In this document: piece by piece, positions 1 to 8,265 of the stretch
Numbering within the stretch: position 1 is the stretch's first letter
How the letters are laid out: each line of letters begins with the position of its first letter
From: Thermodesulfobacteriota bacterium
GTDB lineage: Bacteria > Desulfobacterota_D > UBA1144 > Nemesobacterales > UBA2774
DNA: 64,000 bases
Direction of reading: 5' to 3'
Assembly (NCBI GenBank): GCA_965216785.1
Contig: OZ244197.1
Coordinates: forward strand, 2,400,001 to 2,464,000
Notes under the pieces: model-generated
Seen by the model: the letters and a program-made list of their open reading frames with translations, nothing else
Databases searched by the model: none
Told to the model about the DNA's origin: nothing
Made by a program: the position numbers and the translations under genes

Positions 1-740
1 TTCCCCCAAACACTACGTCAAACGTGGCAGCCGGGAAATGGACTCCGCTCATAGCGTTTAATAAGAGTTATATCACTACAGAATTCTACAGAGAATTCTT
101 GAGAGCTACCAGGCTGTCTTACGATTATTACAGAGAATTCATCGGCAAGGGTTACGGCGTGACCTGGACGCAGAACTACATATTCGGAGACAAACCTGTC
201 GGGCTCTCGCCTTCATACGAAGACCTTCTCTACAGCTACCGTGATGTGGAGACCGTACCCAAATACGCGTATCCGTACGACATGCCTTATTGCCTCGCCT
301 ATACAGCGCTAAGAGTAGAGACTCCTTTATTTATGAACGCTCTCATGAGAGACTTCCGCAGGGCCGGAGGGAAAGTCGTGATGAGGCAGTTCTCTGACGC
401 GCGCCAGCTTAACGGTCTAAAGGAGCCGTTAATTATGAACTGCACGGGCCTCGGCTCAAGGGCGCTGTTCGGCGATACGGACCTCGTGCCGGTCAAAGGC
501 CAGCTAACTATGCTAATGCCCCAGCCGGAAGTTTCTTACTCGACGGGTATACGAGGGGAGGGGCTTTATATGGTGCCGAGGACTGACGGCGTTCTGCTGG
601 GAGGAACATGGCAGCCTGACGAATGGAGCCTTACCCCCGACCCTGTGCTATCGAGGAATATACTCGAAGCCCAGGCAGAGTTTTTCGGCAGCCGGTATAG
701 ATTGGTGGGGTGGTATCAACGTGATAGTAGGGGTTATTAG
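1..740 (+). CDS. D-amino-acid oxidase-family FAD oxidoreductase, 5' end outside the window
   Basis: The frame is open from base 3 (PPNTTSNVAAGKW). Motifs NCTGLGSRAL, PVKGQL and YMVPRTDGVLLGGT are typical of the DAO family. Confidence 0.8.
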   Translation, partial: PPNTTSNVAAGKWTPLIAFNKSYITTEFYREFLRATRLSYDYYREFIGKGYGVTWTQNYIFGDKPVGLSPSYEDLLYSYRDVETVPKYAYPYDMPYCLAYTALRVETPLFMNALMRDFRRAGGKVVMRQFSDARQLNGLKEPLIMNCTGLGSRALFGDTDLVPVKGQLTMLMPQPEVSYSTGIRGEGLYMVPRTDGVLLGGTWQPDEWSLTPDPVLSRNILEAQAEFFGSRYRLVGWYQRDSRGY

Positions 741-766
741 TTGTAAAAAATGATATTTAGCTTACA

Positions 767-1570
767 TCATGTGATATTCTCAAAATCAAAACTAAGACCA
801 GCATCACGCATTTCTTTAGCCAGTTTTAACTTCCACGCATCACTTTCATCAAGTTCTATATATACTATTCTACTTAAATCCGAAGGTATCTCAGTGTCCT
901 CTTTAACCAATGCACAAACTCTCTGTCGACCTAGTTTTGCATTCAAGTATCCATGCTCGAATATGACGTTTTGCCTTGCTCTCGACTTTAAATTGTCAGT
1001 ATTATTCCTGAGAGAACCTACATCGTCTGGGGTCAGTAATACTATGGCATAAGCAACATCTGTGTGCCGCTCAAGTTTTTCTATGATGGTCATTCCAGTA
1101 CTTGCTTGCTCATGTAATATTACCGCTTCTAACTCAAGTTTCTCTATAAACCGAGCTATAGAAATCTTTGCAGCTTCATCTCGACCATGAACTATAAATA
1201 CCCTTCTATTGTTTGTGGCTTGAGGTATAGATGTCGAATCTAAACTTTTACCTTTTACTGTTTTCATAACTTGATTTGTAATATCTTTGAAGTACTCGTC
1301 AAAATCTAATATATCTTCTCGACTTATATACATAAGAACACCCGGACTCATCTTATCATTTTCTAAAGTCGAATAATAAGTTGTTGTCTCTTTTGATTCT
1401 AGAATTTTTAATCGTTTTACTTTATCATGTGAAATTATGTAACCATTGAATTGAAATTGTTCTTTGTTTATAAATGGTTTTACAATGTCAGATTCAATCT
1501 CACTTAAATCAGTTTTATCCAGCTCATAAACTTCATTATCAGTAATTTCGATCAAAACATGATAATACAT
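767..1570 (-). CDS. TIR-like (Cap12/Pycsar-type, PF10137-like) domain protein with uncharacterised N-terminal domain
   Basis: C-terminal motifs VFIVHGRD, LTPDD, RARQNVIFEHG (catalytic Glu) and PSDL; GGAGG ribosome-binding site; AT-rich. Confidence 0.85.
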   Translation of the reverse strand: MYYHVLIEITDNEVYELDKTDLSEIESDIVKPFINKEQFQFNGYIISHDKVKRLKILESKETTTYYSTLENDKMSPGVLMYISREDILDFDEYFKDITNQVMKTVKGKSLDSTSIPQATNNRRVFIVHGRDEAAKISIARFIEKLELEAVILHEQASTGMTIIEKLERHTDVAYAIVLLTPDDVGSLRNNTDNLKSRARQNVIFEHGYLNAKLGRQRVCALVKEDTEIPSDLSRIVYIELDESDAWKLKLAKEMRDAGLSFDFENIT

Positions 1571-1614
1571 AGCAGTCCTCCAGCAATATGTTCTTAGTTA
1601 ATCATGCAATATTA

Positions 1615-2730
1615 TCATTTGCTTGATTCTATTAAACCTTCTCTTTCAAGAACCTTTCTTACTTCATCAAATGCAGCCTTTATATTTCCTTTTGGGAAGC
1701 GGATCTGTCCTAATCCTTCAATATTACTAAATTCTTCACATCCTTCTTCGATTAGTACTATCGCTTTTGTAAATCCAAGTTTTCCTTGAAATAGACCAGC
1801 CTCATGTACAACATTCATTCTTGCATGCATTCGTCCATCCGCTTGTTCATCTTCTGCAGTCATAATTAAGAAAGCTATTGCCGCTGCATCAAGCATTTCT
1901 GATAGACGTGCTATATTCGTTATTCCAGCAACCGGTACTCTGTTGAATTCATCCCAAGGCAAACTTAGTCTGTCTTGTATGAAATCTTTAAATTCTCTCC
2001 AGATAGGTGAACCACCATGTCCAATAAAAACATTTGTACCTATTGTCTCCAAACGTTTCTTGCTCTTATCTAAGCGTGCAATATGAGAACCAGCTTTTCG
2101 TGCAATCTCCGATAGTTTTAGACAAATATCAATAGGTTGTTTTAACGCTGCAATTTCCGCCAACACACTAACATGTGGAGGTGTGTATAAACCTTGACTT
2201 ATGGCAAGTGAGTCTCGACTAATCATTCTTCCTGATGGTGCTAAAGCACCTACAATATCCGATTCAGATATTATTTTTAATTTATTTAGATCATCTGCCA
2301 CAGAATTAAGAAACTGATCTGATTTATCCTTATTAATAATCGAAAGAATAGATAATACTTCTTGTTTTTTGTCTTCAAAGGTTTCTTTAGCTTCTTTAGA
2401 AAGTTCTTGAGCATAAGTCAAATCAGGACTTTCTGCTAGTTTATATATTTCATTTCGAATTTCCTCTTCAGTATACTCTTTCCACGCTTCACTCGTCCGC
2501 ATGAGTCCCCACTCTTGACTAAAATGATCACCTGAAGGGGGTGGCTGAAAATTTACGTAATAAACTCTAGCTTGATATCCAAGCCAGGATCCACTCCATG
2601 CTTTACCAACTGACTCTGTGGCTTTTTCTATTTTCTCTATTGGAGCTGTAAATTCTGGATTATTTACAGTTCCAGTAAATTCATCCAGATAATCCGCAAT
2701 TTCCAATAACTCTTGATCTAAGTGTTTCAT
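1615..2730 (-). CDS. TIR-like (Cap12/Pycsar-type, PF10137-like) domain protein with ~230-aa N-terminal domain
   Basis: C-terminal motifs VFIGHG, MTAED, ARMNVVHEAGLFQG (catalytic Glu) and FSNIEG; AT-rich. Confidence 0.85.
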   Translation of the reverse strand: MKHLDQELLEIADYLDEFTGTVNNPEFTAPIEKIEKATESVGKAWSGSWLGYQARVYYVNFQPPPSGDHFSQEWGLMRTSEAWKEYTEEEIRNEIYKLAESPDLTYAQELSKEAKETFEDKKQEVLSILSIINKDKSDQFLNSVADDLNKLKIISESDIVGALAPSGRMISRDSLAISQGLYTPPHVSVLAEIAALKQPIDICLKLSEIARKAGSHIARLDKSKKRLETIGTNVFIGHGGSPIWREFKDFIQDRLSLPWDEFNRVPVAGITNIARLSEMLDAAAIAFLIMTAEDEQADGRMHARMNVVHEAGLFQGKLGFTKAIVLIEEGCEEFSNIEGLGQIRFPKGNIKAAFDEVRKVLEREGLIESSK

Positions 2731-2772
2731 AATATAAAACTAAAAGAGGATCCCGTATTCTTAATTTATTAT

Positions 2773-2808
2773 AAGGCGCCTGCTCAGAACTAACTGAGAA
2801 GGCGCCTT
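2773..2808 (-). terminator. hairpin downstream of clpB, probable terminator with a weak U-tract
   Basis: Inverted repeat aaggcgcct-g-ctcag / ctgag-a-aggcgcctt with a 6-nt loop. Confidence 0.55.
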
Positions 2809-2829
2809 TGAATCGGTTGGCAATTCATC

Positions 2830-5451
2830 TTATTCATTCGCCGCTTTTTTCTTTTTCGGTTTTTCTTCTTTAGCGATTACAAGCTCTCTGTCTTTATCAA
2901 CGTCAACTATAACGTTGTCTCCCTCTTTAAAATCGCCTTTGAGTATCTCATTGGCAAGAGGGTCCTGAATGAGCTTCTGAATCGTTCGCTTAAGTGGCCT
3001 CGCCCCGTAGACCGGATCGTATCCCTTCTCGGCCACGACGTCCTTTGCCTCATTCGTGAGGGTAAGTCCGATCTTCCTCTCTTCGAGCCTATGCCTTAAG
3101 TGCTCAATCTGAATGTCCACGATCTCTTTAATCTGGGTCAGGCCAAGAGTAACGAATATGATCGTCTCGTCTATCCTGTTCAGAAACTCCGGACGGAACG
3201 AGCTTTGGACTACTTCCATAACGCGCTCTTCCATAGTCTCGGGTCTGTCGATGTACTCCTGAATATATTCGCTCCCTAGGTTAGAGGTCATGATGATGAT
3301 CGTGTTCTTGAAATCCACCGTGCGTCCCTGACCGTCGGTCAAGCGGCCGTCGTCCAGAATCTGAAGCAGCACGTTGAATACGTCAGTGTGCGCTTTCTCT
3401 ATCTCGTCAAATAATACGACAGAGTAGGGCCGGCGTCTTACGGCCTCTGATAGCTGGCCGCCTTCCTCGTACCCTACGTACCCGGGAGGCGCGCCAACGA
3501 GTCTCGATACCGTGTGCTTTTCCATGTACTCACTCATGTCTATCCTGACCATCGCGTGCTCGTCATCGAACATAAACTCTGCGAGCGCTCTCGCAAGCTC
3601 TGTCTTACCTACGCCCGTGGGCCCTAAGAAAAGGAACGAGCCGATGGGGCGGTTCGGATCTGACAGTCCCGCACGTGATCTGCGCAGCGCGTTTGACACC
3701 GCGGTTATGGCATCGTCCTGGCCTATGACCCTTACGTGCAGGCGGTCTTCCATGTGAATGAGCTTCTCGACTTCGCCCTCTAAGAGTCTAGATACAGGCA
3801 CTCCCGTCCAGTTGGAGACGATCGCCGCTATGTCGTCCGCGTCGACTTCCTCTTTAAGCATGCATTTATTCTTTTGTATTTCACTGAGCTCTTTACTTAG
3901 CTCTTCAACTTTCTCGTTTAGCTCCGGAAGCTTTCCATATTGAATCTCTGAAGCCGTGGACAAGTCGCCGCCCCTCTGCGCCTTCTCGGCGTCAGAGCGG
4001 AGCTGATCGATCTCTTCCTTGGCGCTTCGGATCTCGGAAATATGCTCCTTCTCACGCGTCCACTGGGCCTTAAGCGTGTTGGACTCTTCCTTTAGGTTTT
4101 CGATATTCTTCTTTATATCCTCGAGCTTTTCCTTTGAGGCCTCGTCCTTTTCCTTCTTGAGGGCCTCCCTCTCGATCTCAAGCTGCATTATGCGCCGCTC
4201 GACTTCGTCGATCTCGGTAGGCATGGAGTCGATCTCCATCTTTAACCTGGCCGCCGCTTCGTCTATGAGGTCCACTGCTTTATCGGGAAGAAAACGTCCC
4301 GTGATGTAGCGGTTAGACAGTACGCCTGCTGCGATTATCGCCTCGTCTTTAATTTTTACACCGTGGTGAACCTCGTACTTTTCCTTAAGACCTCGGAGTA
4401 TGGTGATGGTCTCTTCCACAGTGGGCTCATCTACGAAGACCTGTTGGAAGCGTCTTTCCAGAGCCGCGTCTTTTTCTATATATTTTCTGAATTCATCGAG
4501 CGTTGTGGCTCCGATACAGTGGAGCTCACCGCGAGCGAGCGCTGGCTTTAGCATATTGGATGCGTCCATTGCACCCTCTGTCGCGCCTGCGCCTACTACG
4601 GTGTGGATCTCGTCTATAAATAGTATGATCTGGCCGTCAGATTCGGTGACTTCTTTAAGAACAGCTTTAAGACGCTCTTCGAACTGCCCTCTATATTTAG
4701 CGCCCGCTACTAGCGCGCCTATGTCGAGCGCTACGAGCTTTTTGTTCTTTAGCCCTTCGGGAACGTCCCCGTTCACTATCCTCTGCGCGAGCCCTTCGGC
4801 TATGGCGGTCTTACCTACGCCGGGCTCACCGATGAGCACAGGGTTGTTCTTGGTACGCCTGGACAGTACTTGGATTACACGCCTGATCTCGTCGTCACGG
4901 CCTATGACAGGGTCGATCTTCCCCTGGCGGGCAAGCTCGGTAAAGTCCTTACCGTACTGCTCGAGTGACTGCATGGTGTCTTCGGGGGACTGGCTGGTCA
5001 CGTTCTGACCGCCCCTTATGTCCTGAAGGACCTTGAGGATGCTGTCCCTTGTTATACCGAGACGCTTAAGCTCGTCATGCACCTCTCCCTTTGCGTCCTG
5101 AGCGATACCCAGGAGCAGGTGCTCGGTGCTGATGTACTCGTCGCCTAAGGACTTAGCCTCTTTCTCGGCTGTTTTAAAGGCTTTACTGAGCTCTCTTGAG
5201 AGGTATACCTGGTCTCCCTCGGCCTCTACCTTTGGCAGCTTGCCAATGGCGCTTTGAGCTACGTCGCGAACTACTTGTGCGTTTGCGCCGATCTTGCCGA
5301 TAATCTGCGCCGGTATGCCCCCTTCCGCAAGCAGAGCGTCCAGTACGTGGGCTATGTCTATTACCTGATTTTTATTTTCCTCCGCCAGAGACTGAGCCTC
5401 TGCCAGAGCTTCTTGTGCTTTTATGGTCAATTTATCAAATTTCATTGTCAT
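2830..5451 (-). CDS. clpB: ATP-dependent disaggregase ClpB
   Basis: Two AAA+ modules ([16 protein letters not shown]), long coiled-coil middle domain, GARPLKR, 873 aa. Confidence 0.97.
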   Translation of the reverse strand: MTMKFDKLTIKAQEALAEAQSLAEENKNQVIDIAHVLDALLAEGGIPAQIIGKIGANAQVVRDVAQSAIGKLPKVEAEGDQVYLSRELSKAFKTAEKEAKSLGDEYISTEHLLLGIAQDAKGEVHDELKRLGITRDSILKVLQDIRGGQNVTSQSPEDTMQSLEQYGKDFTELARQGKIDPVIGRDDEIRRVIQVLSRRTKNNPVLIGEPGVGKTAIAEGLAQRIVNGDVPEGLKNKKLVALDIGALVAGAKYRGQFEERLKAVLKEVTESDGQIILFIDEIHTVVGAGATEGAMDASNMLKPALARGELHCIGATTLDEFRKYIEKDAALERRFQQVFVDEPTVEETITILRGLKEKYEVHHGVKIKDEAIIAAGVLSNRYITGRFLPDKAVDLIDEAAARLKMEIDSMPTEIDEVERRIMQLEIEREALKKEKDEASKEKLEDIKKNIENLKEESNTLKAQWTREKEHISEIRSAKEEIDQLRSDAEKAQRGGDLSTASEIQYGKLPELNEKVEELSKELSEIQKNKCMLKEEVDADDIAAIVSNWTGVPVSRLLEGEVEKLIHMEDRLHVRVIGQDDAITAVSNALRRSRAGLSDPNRPIGSFLFLGPTGVGKTELARALAEFMFDDEHAMVRIDMSEYMEKHTVSRLVGAPPGYVGYEEGGQLSEAVRRRPYSVVLFDEIEKAHTDVFNVLLQILDDGRLTDGQGRTVDFKNTIIIMTSNLGSEYIQEYIDRPETMEERVMEVVQSSFRPEFLNRIDETIIFVTLGLTQIKEIVDIQIEHLRHRLEERKIGLTLTNEAKDVVAEKGYDPVYGARPLKRTIQKLIQDPLANEILKGDFKEGDNVIVDVDKDRELVIAKEEKPKKKKAANE

Positions 5452-5582
5452 TTACCTCCTGCTAACAGAAATTGCAGTTTGAATTTTTATCCAATCCCCC
5501 GGCATCGCTGTATGCTTAAATTTAGCCTACCCCCCGATCGTGCTTCGCACTCCGGTCCGTCCCCACTGCCTCTGTCCCCACT

Positions 5583-5672
5583 ATTAATTCCCCGGCATCG
5601 CTGTGAAACGCTCGCCTCTTACCTCAATCTGATTAATTCCCCGGCATCGCTGTGAAACGCTCGCCTCTTACC
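5583..5672. repeat. two identical 41-bp direct repeats (period 49 bp) plus a 15-bp partial copy at 5497-5511
   Basis: attaattccccggcatcgctgtgaaacgctcgcctcttacc at 5583-5623 and 5632-5672; ccccggcatcgctgt at 5497-5511. Confidence 0.95.
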
Positions 5673-5684
5673 CCATTATATTAA

Positions 5685-5713
5685 AAATAGGTACTGTTGG
5701 GCGATACTTCAAG
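5685..5713 (-). promoter_or_regulatory. sigma32 (RpoH)-like heat-shock promoter of clpB
   Basis: Minus strand reads CTTGAA-N16-CCTATTT, upstream of a canonical heat-shock gene. Confidence 0.6.
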
Positions 5714-5920
5714 ACCGCGGGGGCTGAAAATACTAGAATTAATGTAGTTAACCTTTTAATATTGCTAATAAGTACGTGATATAGGTATGTTAGTATGTAT
5801 AGGTAAAGTAACACATTAATGGTAAATAATTGCATGATAGTTAAGGTTCACGGTCTCAAAAGAGCCTGAATACACGGGTGCACTTGACAATTTACGTCTG
5901 ATTCTGTTCAGTAAATAACC

Positions 5921-6745
5921 ATGAAGAAGGACCCTGGCATAATAGTATTAGTCACCAGGAATCATATCGGATCTACTATCTTCCTAAATCATCTGGTGAG
6001 TAGCGGCGTTAATATACAGGCTATTGTAGAATCGCAGGCAATCCTGGCAAAAGACAATAACCTTGCTAACTACATTAGGCGTTTAAGGTTAATGGGAGCG
6101 AGGCAGACCTTACAATGGACGCTTGTATCTTTGTATACGCTCGCCCGAATAAGCTTGTCTACATTACTATCTTACTTGGGAATCAAGCAGAAGATGTTCA
6201 CGGTCGGACAAATCTCAAAACGCGGCAATATTCCGATTATAAAGACTAAGGACATAAACTGTGAAGAGACTGTGTCGCGCATAAAATCCTTTAAGCCTGA
6301 CATTATAGTGTGCGCGTATTTCAATCAGATACTTAAGAAAGAAATATGTGAGATACCCACATTAAACTGTGTGAACATTCACCTGGCGCTCTCGCAGAAA
6401 TACAGGGGGCTTAACAGCTATTTCTGGGTGCTTGTGAATAATGAAACGGAGTCGGGGGTGACGCTCCATGAGGTGGATGAAGGAATAGACACAGGGAAGG
6501 TGATTGCGCAAAGAACAGTTAAAATAGAGGATACGGATACCGCCGTAGGACTGTTTATTAAGCTCGCTCAGACAGGTGCAGAGCTTTTTCTTAGCTCTTT
6601 GAGCGATATTGCGCAGCGCAAATTCAAGGTAAACGACACCTCTGGCTCACAGTACTATTCCACCTTCACCAAAGAGGGTTACGGCGAGCTTATAAAAACC
6701 GGAAGGAAGTTTTTCATACCCGCCGACATCAACAATTTATTTTAG
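5921..6745 (+). CDS. formyltransferase (Fmt/PurN N-terminal fold), possibly a sugar or small-molecule N-formyltransferase
   Basis: Motifs NIHLALSQKYRG and GVTLHEVDEGIDTG; no Fmt C-terminal domain. Confidence 0.8.
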   Translation: MKKDPGIIVLVTRNHIGSTIFLNHLVSSGVNIQAIVESQAILAKDNNLANYIRRLRLMGARQTLQWTLVSLYTLARISLSTLLSYLGIKQKMFTVGQISKRGNIPIIKTKDINCEETVSRIKSFKPDIIVCAYFNQILKKEICEIPTLNCVNIHLALSQKYRGLNSYFWVLVNNETESGVTLHEVDEGIDTGKVIAQRTVKIEDTDTAVGLFIKLAQTGAELFLSSLSDIAQRKFKVNDTSGSQYYSTFTKEGYGELIKTGRKFFIPADINNLF

Positions 6746-6790
6746 GCAACTCATACTTTATATATAATCCACATTTTACGCACGAATTAC

Positions 6791-6819
6791 TTGACTTTTT
6801 TGCTCATAAATAATATTAT
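6791..6819 (+). promoter_or_regulatory. sigma70-type promoter of the nitroreductase operon
   Basis: TTGACT-N17-TATTAT. Confidence 0.6.
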
Positions 6820-6869
6820 GGTTGATTGTCTGGTTAGAAAAAAATCAAAATGTTATATAGGAGGCCAAA

Positions 6870-7901
6870 ATGAGTGATTTAGTGATAGATGGTCTGCCTC
6901 AAGCTAGCGAAGTAAAACCGCTTGATACGTTTGATGCAATCGGTTTGAGGAGATCAATCAGATGGTATGAACCTAACAAGCCTGTAGAGAAATGGAAAGT
7001 ACAGGCTATGTTGGAAGCAGCAAGGATAGCCCCTTCAGCCGGTAACTTTAACGGACAGAGGGCGATAGTTGTATACAGGGACGAAGACCCTGAAATTTGG
7101 GAGTTCATTTCAGACTGGAGCCAGGTAACAACGCAAATGGCTCCGATACTTATTTTCTGGTGCTATGACCTGTCGGCATACGACACACAGGGACAGCAAT
7201 TACACGATCTTATGAGAACGGGTGCTTTGGATAAAGCTCACGGTTGGGAATACGAGCGTGTAAACAGGCTTTTCCCTCTACCAGCGATCCTGCCGGACTT
7301 CGTTCTTCACAGGCTGGCATGCATCGACTTGGGTAACGCTCTTCAGAATGCAATCCTAGCAGGTACAGCGCTGGGTCTGGGTACGTGTCTTAACGGCGCG
7401 AGCGGAGGAGCAAGACGTAACGTGAAAGCTAAATTTAACCTACCGGATTCATACGTTTTCTGCTGGCTCCAGACAGTTGGATACCCTGCCGAGAATTTAG
7501 ACGGCGGAGGAACAAGAGGAAGACCTCCTTTTGAAACCATGTTCTTTAAAACAAAAGTCGGACAGCCTTTTGAGAGAGACGCGGCGACCGTAGAGCTTCT
7601 TAAAGAGCTAAAATTGATCCAGCAGCCCGGACCTACACCGGGAAGGCTTGAGGAGATCAACAAGCTCACCAAGAGGTTCGGACTCGGTGACGACGCCCTT
7701 ACGGATTGGAAGCTTGGACCGTCACAGCTCGACATTGACCCGGTCAACTGCGTTGATACTAAACCTGATATGCTCAGCCCTGAAGAGGTCGCGGCCTCTG
7801 CAGAGGGAGCGCCGCCAAGCGACTTCCAGCTTCACCCGACGGTAAAGAGGGAAGTACTTGATCAGTATAAGAAAGAAAAAGGTATTACCGACGCTGACTA
7901 A
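6870..7901 (+). CDS. nitroreductase-family FMN protein with ~135-aa C-terminal extension
   Basis: Motifs RRSIRWY, AARIAPSAGN, LQNAILAGTALGLGTC and VGYP; AGGAGG ribosome-binding site. Confidence 0.85.
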   Translation: MSDLVIDGLPQASEVKPLDTFDAIGLRRSIRWYEPNKPVEKWKVQAMLEAARIAPSAGNFNGQRAIVVYRDEDPEIWEFISDWSQVTTQMAPILIFWCYDLSAYDTQGQQLHDLMRTGALDKAHGWEYERVNRLFPLPAILPDFVLHRLACIDLGNALQNAILAGTALGLGTCLNGASGGARRNVKAKFNLPDSYVFCWLQTVGYPAENLDGGGTRGRPPFETMFFKTKVGQPFERDAATVELLKELKLIQQPGPTPGRLEEINKLTKRFGLGDDALTDWKLGPSQLDIDPVNCVDTKPDMLSPEEVAASAEGAPPSDFQLHPTVKREVLDQYKKEKGITDAD

Positions 7902-7928
7902 ACTTAAAAACAAACGGAGGTTTTTAAA

Positions 7929-8123
7929 ATGGCTGAAATAACCATTAACATTCCTGATCCGGTTTTCGAGACCATTAAGAAGAGAGCTGAAATGACAAAG
8001 TCGACACCTGAGCAGCTTGTTACGGTAAGCACGATCCTTTGTTATTCGGCGACTCACTATGACTCATCCAAGTGGCTTAAAAACAGAGATCCTGAGTCTA
8101 CTGACATGACATCCCCATGGTAG
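7929..8123 (+). CDS. small protein with ribbon-helix-helix-like N-terminus
   Basis: GGAGGT ribosome-binding site, 27 nt after the nitroreductase stop; EITINIPDPVFETIKKRAE fits a strand-helix-helix pattern. Confidence 0.65.
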   Translation: MAEITINIPDPVFETIKKRAEMTKSTPEQLVTVSTILCYSATHYDSSKWLKNRDPESTDMTSPW

Positions 8124-8178
8124 GAGGTCTTAGTTAGTACACGGATCTTAGAAAATAAGAAAAAGAAGTTTAAAAAAG

Positions 8179-8217
8179 AAAACGGGGTTGCACCAAAGAG
8201 TGCTTCCCCGTTTTTTT
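8179..8217. terminator. intrinsic terminator, likely bidirectional
   Basis: aaaacgggg..gcac/gtgc..ccccgttttttt between convergent genes. Confidence 0.75.
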
Positions 8218-8265
8218 ATTTTCACTCGATTTAATTGCTACAGATTCTAAAAGTTAAATGCCGAA

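Noticed and set aside
741-2760. TIR genes as integron cassettes or a complete CBASS/Pycsar/Thoeris system
   Set aside because: No attC-like inverted repeats, integrase, cyclase or ThsA-type gene. The only cyclase-like gene is ~48 kb away and degenerate.
3512-5655. Plus-strand ORFs overlapping clpB (e.g. 4400-5008, 5254-5655)
   Set aside because: Antisense shadows of a conserved gene. The repeat in the 5254-5655 translation merely reflects the DNA repeat.
5497-5672. Repeats upstream of clpB as a CRISPR array
   Set aside because: Only two full 41-bp copies separated by 8 bp, no regular unique spacers and no cas genes.
7648-7845. Alternate-frame ORF containing LRIGSL, resembling an encapsulin targeting peptide
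   Set aside because: Out of frame inside the nitroreductase gene, and no encapsulin gene is in the window.
7929-8123. RiPP precursor for a SagB-type dehydrogenase
   Set aside because: No YcaO, protease or exporter nearby; the N-terminus looks like an RHH fold.
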